Shown here in pieces: positions 1 through 12,129 of a stretch of 64,000 bases of DNA (the first letter of the stretch is position 1; each line of letters begins with the position of its first letter). The stretch lies in NCBI GenBank assembly GCA_951406725.2, contig OX597830.1, forward strand, positions 68,386,001 to 68,450,000, in the 5' to 3' direction. A program made the translations under genes and the position numbers. Source of the stretch: Octopus vulgaris (Eukaryota). Below the pieces are notes generated by a model. That model ran no database searches. It had not been told where the DNA came from and worked only from the letters and a program-made list of their open reading frames with translations.

Positions 1-629
1 GTTTCCGCCGTAATGATGTCAAATAGGCTCATTCGAAAAAGTAAAAAGAAATAGTCTAAGGCTTTACTCTCCTGGGAAAGTCTGTGGCTCGGTCCAGTTT
101 CCTCAGAGAAATCACCGAAAGAAACAGTTTTTCAATTTTCACTCCATTCAGGTGCCAATTCATTTTCTTTATCGCTGTCGGAGCTCTCGGATTCACTGTT
201 TTCACTTTTGGAAAATGGAACATCAGATTCCTTATCAAATACCATGTGCTGTTTTTTTTCAGTCATAGAGTTAGATTTATCAAGGTCTTCAGTAGAAGAT
301 ACTTCGAATTCTGACTCGCCGCTTGATATGATGAAACTCGTATCCTTTTTTTGTCAGAATTACCAATTTTGACAAAACACAATAGGAACAAATTTCGGAA
401 AAAAGTCTCCCAAAATTCACGGAATTAAAATGACACTTCGATCGTTGTATAAAACTGTAGATGAACTGTTTACGAAGTATAATCACGTGTTTTCACGAAT
501 GTAATAAAGAGATTTGCGCTGATATTCTCTTTTAAATATAAATAGGTAAATACGGGTGGGTTTTGGCGGTTTGGTCAGAATTAACCAAAATTTTTTTCGG
601 GCGGCTTTGGGCGTTTGGTAACGAAAGCG
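1..629. mobile_element. Right part of a piggyBac-type non-autonomous element (copy of 7732-8819)
   Basis: Ends GTAACGAAAGCG-TTAA at 618-633. Colinear with 8192-8819, where the TIR and TTAA are intact. Confidence 0.65.
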
Positions 630-1770
630 TTAAAAGTGCTGGCAAGTTTGCATGACAACTATTTTATCCTCAAATGAAAGGCGTGACCTCTAGAAACACA
701 ATTCCTCATCTTATAAAATGTGGCCCTAGTAGACCCGAATGAAATCGGGTTATATTAACCAAAATGTGAAAAGGGGTATAAATGGGGCTGGAAGGGGATT
801 AAAATTTAAAGGAGCGAGTATTTAGGAATTCTCTGTTACATCAAGCTAAAAAATTTGCGACAGCCCTTTAATCTTCAAAGTGTTGCCGTCCATGATGAAG
901 AGGTTTTGAATGCTTGCCATGGTGAGTCTACTGTCGTGAGAAAGATTCACTTCAAATGTTGGTGTTTACGAATTTTCTTTTACATCAAGTTGAAAATTTT
1001 ACGCCAGCCGTTAAACTGTCAATACGTTGCTTTCCGTCGTTAAGAAATGCCAGCGATGGTGACTCTAATATACTCAGATTCTATCCCTTCAAACTTTGCT
1101 TTCCAATATTTTATTATGTTTATTCAGCTCGCAAGTTCATCTGTCCCCTTTAAATGTTAGAGTTTTGCTGTCTGCCTCGAAGCAGACATTTCCGTTGCCA
1201 CTGCCTGATATTTATGATTGATCTTTCTAAATATTTTATTTCTCAACTTACTCAAGATCTTTTGTTGTTTATAAATGGGAGAGAGATAGATAAAAATAGA
1301 GAGTAAGAGAAAGCGAAGGAGAGTCCAAGAGAAAATAAAAGTGAGAGAATGAGAAAGTGAGAGAGAAAGCAGAGAGAAAAAAAGATGGAGAATCCTCATC
1401 CTCATCATTGTTTAACGTCCGTTTTCCGTGCTAGCACGGGTTGGACAGTTTGACGTGGGTCTGGGAATCCAGGAGGCTGCACCAGGCTCCAGTCTTATCT
1501 GGCAGTGTTTCTGCAGGTGGATGACCTTCCTAACGCCAATCACTCTGTGAGTGAAGTGGGTGCCCTTTTCGTGCCTCCGGCACAGGTGCCAAGGGGGCTC
1601 GCAGCGGCAACGATCAGTTGGTGCTTTTTACGTGTCACTAGCACAGAAGCCAGTCAAGGCGGCGCTGCAATCGGCCACGTTCGGATGGTGCTTTTTACGT
1701 GCTGAAAGGAAGCAACAGAAAGTAACAACCACACTCTTACCCGCGCGTAGTGCGTGTCAGCTTCAGCTAG
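630..1770 (+). mobile_element. 3' part of a Helitron-like composite insert
   Basis: Terminal GC hairpin acccgcgc-gta-gtgcgtgt followed by CTAG|T at 1767-1771. Duplicated at 8824-9954. Confidence 0.5.
1395..1702 (-). mobile_element. SINE 3' portion with RTE-type tail
   Basis: (CAT)n tail on +, motif ggatgaccttcctaacgccaa, internal ggtgctttttacgtg repeats. Second copy at about 9579-9887. Confidence 0.6.
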
Positions 1771-1776
1771 TTATAT

Positions 1777-1826
<50 letters not shown>

Positions 1827-2127
1827 TGTTTCAGGGAGAAAAATATAGATCTATACAAATATACACATATACCCAAATCGAATGTCGCTTAGACAACCAA
1901 AGACGAGCACACACAAAATAAAGTGTATACATATATATGCATGTATGTATGCATGCATGTGTGCATGTAGGTAGGTATGCATGTATGTTTGTATGTATGC
2001 ATATGCGTGTGTGTATGTATATAGGCAGGTAGATAGGGAGCACGGGTATTACGTGTATACCTATGAAAATAGGTTCAACCTAAACTTTATTGCTAATGAT
2101 TTTGTTGCTGCATTTCTCGTTCCTAAG

Positions 2128-2153
2128 GGTTGATGTTACATGGCAACGCCTGG
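2128..2153 (+). CDS. Candidate 26-nt micro-exon (copy 1)
   Basis: Branch-like tgctaat, pyrimidine tract, cctaag|GGTTGATGTTACATGGCAACGCCTGG|gtatgt. Frame uncertain (phase 0 is closed). Confidence 0.3.
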
Positions 2154-3954
2154 GTATGTTTAAAATAGGGCAGGGTATTAATGAGAATTTCAGCAAACAT
2201 TTCAAATCGAATACAAGCAAATTAAATAAATCTGCGTGGTACATGAATTCCGAGAGAGATAAAGGAGACTGAACGTGGTTTTATGCGTGAGAGAATGTGC
2301 ACATGTGTGAGTGCGTGCCTCTTTGTGTATGTGTGTGGGTTTTACTTATGTATTTACATGCCCAAACCTATTATGATATTTGTCATCCTTGTTTCACTTT
2401 GCCGCTAACAACCAACGTATCATAGTATTAAATTGAAAAGGATTTTAAATGCTTATAGCTAAATCCACACCCTAATATTCCCTTACATACCTTATCGTGA
2501 ATATAGTTCAATTCTTCTTTGTTGTAACATCATTTGCCCAGACAGAAGTTGATTTCTATACAAAGATGTTTGTGATTATTCATTGAATAAGGAAGAAAAA
2601 CTAATAATACAACGTGTAGGTTTGTTCAAAATAGAGCACAACATAATTCACCGATTAATTATGAGAAAGTGAGCAAGAATCTCAAATGGAATACAAAGAA
2701 CTAAATCAAAACTGCATGGTACGTAAATTACGAGCGACAATAAGGATATTGAATGCCGCTAAATACTTCTGTGTATGACGTCAGTGTGTGTGTGTGTGTG
2801 TGTGTGCGTGTGTGTGTGTACGTGTGTGTGCATGTGAATGTTTGTGTGTCTGATTCATATATTTACCTCCCAAACCCTATTATGCTATTCTCCTCCGTTC
2901 TTTCACTTTGCAGCTAGCAACCATGGCAGTTTAATTATATATGCATGAATGCATACATTTATGTATGTTTGTTTGTATGTATGTATGTATGTATGTATGT
3001 ATGTATGTATGTATAGGTACGTATGTATGTATTTGTACGTAGGTATTTATGTGTGTATGTTTGTATGTATATATCTATGTAACTATGTATGCACGTGTGT
3101 GTATGTATGTAATTTGCTTTCTCTTTTCAATGTTGACCGGGCAGCTACATATTATCAAGGTTGTAAAGAAAAGTTTCTAAATTTAACTGAAAATATTTCC
3201 CATGCAATCAGTAACCCCTAAAATGTTTTCAGACTGCTAGGGCTTCACTGTATCTTTCGCTTATTAATTATTTCCTATCAATCTCTCGTTTTTGGATTTC
3301 AAATGCTTTGCCTTCGAATTGCGATGTGATGTGGCGGAGACTTTCATTTAATTAGAAATATCTGCTAATCAAAACATTGTATACCGTGTCGCTACAGCTT
3401 CCAACAATTATAATTCCGTTAATTATCTTTTCCTGTTACTCATCTCTCTAACCCTCAACAGGCTCGACAGCGATAAAACGTATTTTTGAGCAATATCTTA
3501 ATAATAATTATCGATGTTAAGTCTGTATGTCAATATTTACGAATACATTTACGCCTGCACGAACACACACACACACGCATATATATGCATGACCAATTCC
3601 GATAAACACAAGGCTAGATTGTTCGTTCCAACTTACGTTTCACTATTCTAGTTCTTTGCGACACTGCATTGGATGTTTCAAGTGGAATGGATTCTTAACA
3701 ACAACGGATCATCAGGGAACATCTTACTGCATTACGTTATATACGCCTAATGTCTTGAGTTGGGCAGATGGCGCGAGATTTTATAAGAATTTTGAGAGGG
3801 AAGCATGAAAAATATATGATCAGAGAAAGATAAAGGGAGACGAAGAAAGAAAGAAAAATGTGAGAGAGAAAACGACAATATTGTAATTATAAAAAGAAAG
3901 AATGAAAGATGAGAAGGACTGAACTGGAAAACTGAATAAAAATAAAACAAAATA

Positions 3955-4114
3955 GGCGTAGGAGTGGCTGTGTGGTAAGTAGCTTGCTTACGAACCACAT
4001 GGTTCCGGGTTCAGTCCCACTGTGTGGCGCCTTGGCCAAGTGTCTTCTATAGCCTCGGGCTGACCAATGCCTTGTCAGTGGATTTGGTAGAGGGAAAATG
4101 AAAGAAGCCTGTCG

Positions 4115-4118
<4 letters not shown>
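3955..4118 (+). mobile_element. 5' half of a tRNA-derived SINE (split by a Penelope insertion)
   Basis: A box tggctgtgtgg, B box gggttcagtccc. Body resumes at about 6110. Confidence 0.8.
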
Positions 4119-4152
<34 letters not shown>

Positions 4153-4157
<5 letters not shown>

Positions 4158-6079
4158 AAACAAGTCAAAAATAGAAAATGCTAAGATAATTTTATAGTGA
4201 ATCTTTCAGTACCGGTTTCGGTCATTTTGAGACCTTTTCAACTGTAACGATTAAATAATTAAATTTAGAAAAATTAGAAGAAAAGTTTTTTTAAAAGAAT
4301 ATTTCTATAGTAGTGTTCAGTTATAAGTAGCATTCTGCCTTTCTCTGACTCCCTTGTTTGCACTTGTGTGTTCGAGGTCGTTGTGAGTTCTTGGTAGGGT
4401 AGGTGAAGAATAAGGAGGCTGATGTGGAGAGGGGGTGGGGAAATCTGGGAATGCCTTGATGGTCGTATTTTGAATGGTCAGTGGCTGACAGCAGTCGCAG
4501 TTCAATTCAGGAATTGTTTATGGAATTTGCGTAGGCGTTATACTGAAAGACATTAGTGACAAGGTTAAGGGGTAGAAGGTGGAGAAGTAGAAGAAGAAGA
4601 AGATGACGATGTTGATGATGATGATGATGAAGAGGAAGAAGAAGAAGAAGGGGAAGGAGAAGATGATGGTGATGATGGTGGTGATGATGATGACGACGAT
4701 GATGATGATAATGATGATGATGAAGAAGAAGAGGAAGAAGAAGAAGAAAACAGAGAAGGGAGAATATGAATGGGTGAAAGTATAGCTGTGATGGGGCTGA
4801 TTAGTAATGGATTCTATGGAGTGTAATATTTGTGTGTGTATATATTTCTTTTATTCTAAAGTTGAGGTATATTAATTGTTTGTCGTAGACCCGTTAAGAA
4901 GTGGCCTGTATTTTGTGATAAAGAGATTTTCTTTACTTATTCGTTGTCTCGAGGTTGTATCGTCCCTAAATTGGTAGAGGGGGAAAATCCTGAAGTTTGG
5001 TGTTTTTTTGTTGGCGCAAGTATCTATGTGTTGGCTAAAAGCTATTTTTCTGTTTTGGGGAATTTTTATCTGGGATCTGTGCAGGGCCATTCGTTTACGC
5101 AAACCATTTTTTGTTTGGCCTATGTACTGCTCTTGACACCCAGAGCAGGTTAGTGAGTATATTAGGTTCTCCGAAGCACATGTGAAGTTGCTTTTCACTG
5201 TAAACCGTTGTCCCTGTTTGAAGGAGAACTCTGATCCCTCAATTAGATTGTCGCATATCCCGCAATTGGGTCTTCCACATTTTTTTACTGTCGGCTTCTG
5301 TGTTGAAGAGTGAATTCGAGCTTGTGTTAGGAGACTTTTCATGGATCTAGGCTGTCTTTTGCTTTTTATGATCGTGTGTGTTTGGAGGATTGTGTTCATT
5401 CTGTGGTCTTGTTTTAGGAGGGGTATGTTGTGGAGGATGGTGCCGAAGGCTTCGTTATTGAGAGGGTTGTGTGTGGAGATGTATGGTAAGGCTTTTGGTT
5501 GTAAGTTTTTCTTTGATTTGGGATGTCTCAGTTCCTTGATGTTAAGTTGAAGGGCACGTTGAATGCACTTGTCAATAAGTGAAGGTGGATAGTTCCTGGT
5601 GATAAGGGTATCTTTTAGTTCTTGTAGTCGTGTGTCTCTGGTGTTTGCGTTAGAGACTATAGTGCATATCCTTTTTGCTAGATTGAAGGGGATATTCATC
5701 CTGGTGTGTCTGGGGTGGCATGAATTGAATGGAAGATATTGCTTAGAGTCTGTAGGCTTATAGTATATGTCTGTTTCTATTATATTATTAGCTTTCTTAA
5801 TGAGGATATCGAGGAAGGGGAGTTATTGCTGGCTATATTCCATCGTGAATTGGATGTTTACGTCCAGTCCGTTTAAAATTTCCTGGAATTCTATGAGTTT
5901 TTCTATATTTTTATGCCAAAGAATGAAACAGTCATCTAGATATCTCTTCCAGTTGTTTTCTATGTAGATGGAGAAAGGGCTGCCATATCTTTCTAGAACC
6001 TTACGATACAGACTGATCTCTAGGTATCCTATGACTAGGTTGGCAAAGGAGGGGGCCATTCGTGTACCCATCGCAGTCC

Positions 6080-6083
<4 letters not shown>
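4153..6083 (-). mobile_element. 5'-truncated Penelope-like element (RT C-terminus + GIY-YIG)
   Basis: GTAMGTRMAPSFANL and RYLDD motifs, then LPFLDI and YYKPTD. GIY-YIG region has LIYSLTC...YIGQT and a C-x4-C-x2-C linker. One premature stop at 5823-5825 joins two same-frame ORFs. Flanked by (TA)n. Confidence 0.92.
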
Positions 6084-6109
<26 letters not shown>

Positions 6110-6119
<10 letters not shown>

Positions 6120-6360
6120 TATACATATGTATGTGTTTGTGAATATGTTTGCGTGTCTGTGTTTGTCCCCTCAACATCGCTTGACAATCGATGCTGGTGT
6201 GTTTACGTCCCCGTAACTTAGCGGTTCGGCAAAAGACCCCGATAGAATAAATACTAGGCTTACAAACAATAAGTCCTGGTGTTGATTTGCTCGACTAAAG
6301 GCAGTGCTCCAGCATGGCAGCAGTCAAATGACTGAAACAAGTAAGAGAGTAAAAGAGTTA
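6110..6360 (+). mobile_element. 3' half of the split SINE
   Basis: cttgacaatcgatgctggtgtgtttacgtccccgtaacttagcggttcggc... ending ggcagtgctccagcatggcagcagtcaaatgactgaaacaag. Confidence 0.8.
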
Positions 6361-6902
6361 AAAGAGGAAAATATTTTAAAATAAAATCATGTTAAGAGAA
6401 ATAGTAAAGACACTAATAATAAATAAATAAATAAATAAATAAATACTCGCCAAAACATAAAGTAGACGAGAGACAGAAAGTAAGCGTTGTGAGAAGGAGA
6501 AGGCACATGAAAGAGGGAGGGGGAAGGAAGAGGACTATAAAAAGGTTTATCTTTGGAAATGGTCAGTCTGTGAAAAGTAAAAGAAATAGTTTGAAATTAT
6601 ATTTAAGAGAAATGATAAAGGGAGAATAAATACTCCACAAAACAATAGAGGAGAGAAAGGAAAGAAAGATGGTGAGAAAGAAAGTGCAGAAGAGAGGGAG
6701 GGAGATATAAGACAGATAAAAAGATGGGTGTCTTTGGAAATGGTCAGTCTGTGAATTGATTGACAGAGAGCATTAGCAGTTGGAAAATAAATATAATTAG
6801 AAATATACCCGAATATATGAATAATAGTAGGGTATGATAATACAGGGCATAAGTACCGGTAGGTCTATTTCAATGTTGCAAAAGGACTAAATCGTAACAC
6901 GT

Positions 6903-7634
6903 ATATATATATATATATATATATGTAAAACTGAAATGCATTTTTACCGTTTGGCTCGATTTCAATGCCACAACGTCCCGTCCGATTCGCTCTAAAATTT
7001 ACAGGGACATGTAGAATGAGGTGACGATGCCTGTGGGCTACGTTAGAAATCCCTATCTTAAAAGGTGTGGTTGCTAGGGCGCATCTTTCTCACTCACGCT
7101 ATTTCCTCCATTCCCCTCTTACTCCCCATCAAATATAAATTTGACATTTCCACTCCCGTTATTTAATGTATTCTCTTCAACTCCCTTTCACTTTTCCTTT
7201 ATAAGTTCGTCAGACGGTGTTCTTTGATCTATCTGCCTCTATTCATAGGCAGAATTATCATTGCCACCAACAACATAAAATCATGAGAAGAAATATCATG
7301 AATCAGATATTCATTGCGTTCATTTATATATGTGTGTGTGTGTTTGTGAGTGTTCGATATATAAATATGTATATATAATGTAAATATACAAAGTGTATAT
7401 ATCTGTATTTATGTATATTAAACTTTTAAATACTTTTTGATAGTTATATATATTTTTTAACAAATTATAAATATAATTTAATAATTTTTATTTTAAATTT
7501 ATATATTTTCTATAAAATATTATTATTTTTATGTTTTTGTTTTTGTTGTTTTTGCCTATTAGTGGTTTTATCTCTAATTTAAGTTATACATATATATATA
7601 TAATTTGTGAATATAATGCGTGCACACACACACT

Positions 7635-7678
<44 letters not shown>

Positions 7679-9954
7679 ATGTGTGCATTATGTGGTCGGT
7701 CAGTTCAGCTGCAAATATGCACACCTATGAACCATTTCGTTACTATATTTCTGACCAAAATACACCCCTCATGTGTTTCAATTAATTTCTAACATAATTA
7801 TAAATTTAGTTTGGTTTCATTAAAGAACTATAACATTTTTATTTATCAATATATTAATGTGATTTTTGGAAGGTAAGTTAATGAAATGTTCCCAAACAAT
7901 TCTATACTATAATTTTTTTCACAAAGTGACTCTAATTGCAGGTAGATACAGGTAAATTCAACAAAATATATAACTATTAAAATGTTGTTCAAACATCGCT
8001 ATAGAAAATGGGTTATTAGCTAATATTCAATTGGGTATACAAGACAATTTTACGATAGAATCTGTTATTCTGGGTAACTTTCTAATTCCCATAATAATAT
8101 TTATGGCTAAATAGTCTTAATTTCATTTAAGGTTGTGGGAAACAACTAACTATCCTTTCTTTCGCTTTGTTTACATTTAGCGTAACAGTTCGTTTCCGCC
8201 ATAATGATTTCAAATAGGCTCATTCGAAAAAGTAAAAAGAAATAGTCTAAGGCTTTACTCTCCTGGGAAAGTCTGTGGCTTGGTCCAGTTTCTTCAGAAA
8301 AATCACCGAAAGAAACAGTTTTTCAATTTTCACTCCATTCAGGTGCCAATTCATTTTCTTTATCGCAGTCGGAGCTCTCGGAATCGCTGTTTTCGCTTTC
8401 GGAAAATGAAACATCAGATTCATTATCAAATACCACGTGCTGTTTTTTTTTCAGTCATTGAGTTAGATTTATCAAAGTCTTCAGTAGAAAATCATTCGAA
8501 TTCTGTCTCGCCGCTTGATATGATGAAATTCGTATCCATTTTTTGTCAGAATTACAAATTTTGAAAACACAATAGGAACAAATTTGTGAAAAAAATCTCC
8601 CAAAATTCACGGAATTAAAATTACACTTCGATCGTTGTACAAAACTGTAGATGAACTGTTTACGAAGTATAATCACGTGTTTTCACGAATGTAATAAAGA
8701 GATTTGCTCTGATATTCTCATTTAAATATAAATAGGTAAATACGGGCGGGTTTTGGCGGTGTGGTCACATTAACCAAAATCTTTTTCTGGCGGCTTTGGG
8801 CGGTTTGGTAACGAAAGGGTTAAAAGTGCTGGCAAGTTTGCATGACAACTATTTTATCCTCAAATGAAAGATGTGACCTCTAGGACAAAATTCCTCATCT
8901 TATAATATGTGGCCCCAGTAGACCCGAATGAAATCGTGTTATATTAACCAAAATGTGAAAAGGGGTATAAATGGGGCTGGAAGGGGATTAAAATTTAAAG
9001 GAGCGAGTATTTAGGAATTCTCTGTTACATAAAGCTAAAAAATTTGCGCCAGCCTTTTAATCTACAATGTGTTGCCGTCCATGATGAAGAGGTTTTGAAT
9101 AATGCCATGGTGAGTCTAGTGTCGTGAGAAAGAATCACTTCAAAAGTTGGTGTTTACGAATTTTCTTTTACATCAAGTTGAAAATTTTACGCCAGCCGTT
9201 AAACTGTCAATACGTTGCCGTCCATCATAAAGAAATGCCAGCCATGGTGACTCTAATATCCTCAGATTCTCTCCCTTCAAACTTTGCTTTCCTATATTTT
9301 ATTATTTTTATTCAGCTCGCAAGTTCGTCTGTCCCTTTTAAATGTTAGCGTTTTGCTGTCTGCCCTGAAGCAGAGCTTTCCGTTGCCACTGCCTGATATT
9401 TATGATTGATCTTTCTAAATATTTTATTTCTCAACTTACTCAAGTTCTTTTGTTGTTCATAAATGGGAGAGAGATAGATAGAGATAGAGAGTAAGAGAAA
9501 GAAAGGGAGAGTCCGAGAGAAAAAAGTAAGAGAGTGGGGAAATGAGAGAGAAAGGAGAGAGAAACAAAGAGGGAGAATCATCATCACCATCATCGTTTAA
9601 GGTCCATTTTCCGTGCTAGCACGGGTTGGACAGTTTGACCGGGGTCTGGGAATCCAGGAGGCTGCACCAGGCTCCAGTCTGATCTCGCAGTGTTTCTACA
9701 GGTGGATGACTTTCCTAACACCAACCACTCTGTGAGTTATCGGGTGCTTTTTTCGTGCCTCCGGCACAGGTGCCATGGGGGCTCGCAGCGGCAACGATCG
9801 GTTGGTGCTTTTTACGTGCCACTGGCACAGAAGCCAGTCAAGGCGGCGCTGCAATTGGCCACGTTCGTATGGTGCTTTTTATGTGCTGAAATGAAACAAC
9901 AGAAAGTAACAACCACACTTTTACCCGCACGTAGAGCGTGTCACCTTCAGCTAG
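6903..9954 (+). mobile_element. Helitron-like composite insert with nested TEs
   Basis: Starts in (TA)n and ends with hairpin + CTAG|T (9951-9955). Absent at the homologous junction 10925-11000. Confidence 0.5.
7732..8819. mobile_element. piggyBac-type non-autonomous element
   Basis: TIRs CCATTTCGTTAC / GTAACGAAAGGG with tgaa and TTAA flanks. Confidence 0.7.
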
Positions 9955-10333
9955 TATATATATATATATATATATATATATTGTCTCAGGGAGAAAAAGA
10001 TAGATCTATACAAATATACACATATACCCAAATCGAAGGTCGCTCAGACACCCGAAGACGAACACACACAAAATAAAGTGTATACATATATATACATGTA
10101 TGTATGCATGCATGTGTGCATGTAGGTAGTTATTTATGTATGTATGAATGCATGTAATATGTATGTATCTATGTATGCATGCATGCATGTATGTGTGTAT
10201 GTATGCATATGCGTGTGTGTATGTATATAGGCAGGTAGATATGGAGCACGGCAAGTACGTGTATACCTATGAAAATAGGTTCAACCTAAACTGTATTGCT
10301 AATGATTTTGTTGCTGCATTTCTCCTTCCTAAG

Positions 10334-10359
10334 GGTTGATGTTACATGGCAACGCCTGG
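10334..10359 (+). CDS. Candidate 26-nt micro-exon (copy 2)
   Basis: Identical to 2128-2153, donor gtatgc. Confidence 0.3.
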
Positions 10360-10941
10360 GTATGCTTAAAATAGGGCAGAGATTTTATGAGAATTTCAAC
10401 AAACATTTCAAATCGAATACAAACAAATTAAATAAATCTGCGTGGTACATGAATTCCGAGAAAGATAAAGGAGACTGAACCTGGTTTTATGCGTGAGAGA
10501 ATGTGCACATGTGTGAGTGCGTGCCTGTATGTGCGTGCCAGTGCTCCAGCATGGCAGCAGTCAAATGACTGAAACAAGTAAGAGAGTAAAAGAGTTAAAA
10601 GAGGAAAATATTTTAAAATAAAATCATGTTAAGAGAAATAGTAAAGACACAAACAATAAATAAATAAATGAATAAATAAATAAATAAATAAATACTCTCT
10701 AAAATATAAAGTAGACGAGAGACAGAAAGTAAGCGTGGTGAGAAGGAAAAAGCACATGAAAGAGGGAATGGGTAGGAAGAGGACTATAAAATGTTTATCT
10801 TTGGAAATGGTCAGTCTGTGAAAAGTAAAGAAAATAGTTTGAAATTATATTTAAGAGAAATGATAAAGGGAGAATAAATACTCCTCAAAACAATAGAGGA
10901 GAGAAAGGAAAGAAAGATGGTGAAGGACTAAATCGTAACAC

Positions 10942-10987
<46 letters not shown>

Positions 10988-11348
10988 TGAGGGAGAAAAA
11001 GATAGATCTATACAAATATACACATACATCCACATCGAGGGTCGTTTAGACACACAAAGACGAACACACACAAAATAAGTGTATATATATATGCATGTAT
11101 ATATCTATGTATATATGTGTGTATGCATTCATGCATGCACGTATGTAGGTGTGTATTTATGTATGTATGAATGCATGTAATATGTATTTATGTATGTATG
11201 TATGCATGTATGTATGTATGCATATGCATGTGTGTATGTATATAGGTAGATAGGGATCACGGCAAGTATATACGTATACCTAGGAAGATAGATTCAACCT
11301 AAACTTTAGTGTTAGTGGTTTTGTTGCTGCATTTCTCGATCATACAAG

Positions 11349-11372
11349 TCGTTTGTACTCAGCAATATCGGG
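11349..11372 (+). CDS. Candidate 24-nt micro-exon (copy 3, diverged)
   Basis: tacaag|TCGTTTGTACTCAGCAATATCGGG|gtatgt. Nearby flanks match copy 1 but the core differs. Confidence 0.3.
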
Positions 11373-11809
11373 GTATGTTTAAAATAGGGCAGGGTATGAA
11401 TCGGCGAATATTTATGAGAATTTCAATAAAAATTTTGAAATCGAAATGAAACAACTTTTGCAAAACTGCGTTTTCTGGATTAGTTTGATAAGGTTTCCTC
11501 TATTAGAAAAGCATACTGAGCGAAATAAGTGAGACATGTATGCGTACTCACAGAGAAGCAAAGGCAAAGTGGCGATTACATGCAAATACCACAAATACAT
11601 TCGCATCAAATATATGTGAATTTATCTAAAATTTCTGTTTTATATGCTGGCCACTGAAATGATTTAACGATTTTATCCTTTAATATATTTGAATATATTC
11701 CATCCACTTCGGGACAGTTTTGTAACTTCCATACTACTCTAACCAAATACCCACATACCCACGTGTTGTGGTGGACTACGAACTATATATATATAGCTAC
11801 ACGTACTTA

Positions 11810-12010
11810 TTTGTGTGTTTGTCCCACACCATTGCTTGACAACCGATGTTGGTACGTTTACTTCCCCGTAATCTACCGGTTTGGCAAAAAAGACTGATAG
11901 AATAAGCACCAGGCTTTCAAAGAATAATTCCTGGGGTCGATTTGTTCGACTAAAGGCGGTGCACCAGTATGGCCGCAGTCAAATGACTGAAACAAGTAAA
12001 AGAATAAAAG
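11810..12010 (+). mobile_element. SINE 3' half
   Basis: Same body and tail as 6110-6360. Confidence 0.75.
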
Positions 12011-12129
12011 AATGTGTATTTTTTTCATTCTTATTCTACTACATTCTATTGCATCCTGTTGCTTTCTATTTTTATCTTTATACATATATAAAGCATATTT
12101 TATGTTTTATATTTGTACGTATTTATGAT

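Larger units (their letters stand above)
1824..9980. repeat. Unit 1 of a local tandem segmental duplication (~8.2 kb period)
   Basis: 1-2330 matches 8192-10530 (offset 8191). 6302-6675 and 6882-6902 match 10539-10945. 1824-2210 recurs at 9981 and 10983. Confidence 0.9.
9981..11450. repeat. Units 2 (internally deleted) and 3 (diverged, partial) of the tandem duplication
   Basis: Unit 2 lacks about 2330-6301 and 6676-6881 relative to unit 1. Unit 3 restarts at 10983. Confidence 0.85.

Noticed and set aside
56-1408. Duplicated short ORFs also seen at 8247-9593
   Set aside because: They recur only because of the segmental duplication and lie in TE sequence with no recognisable domains.
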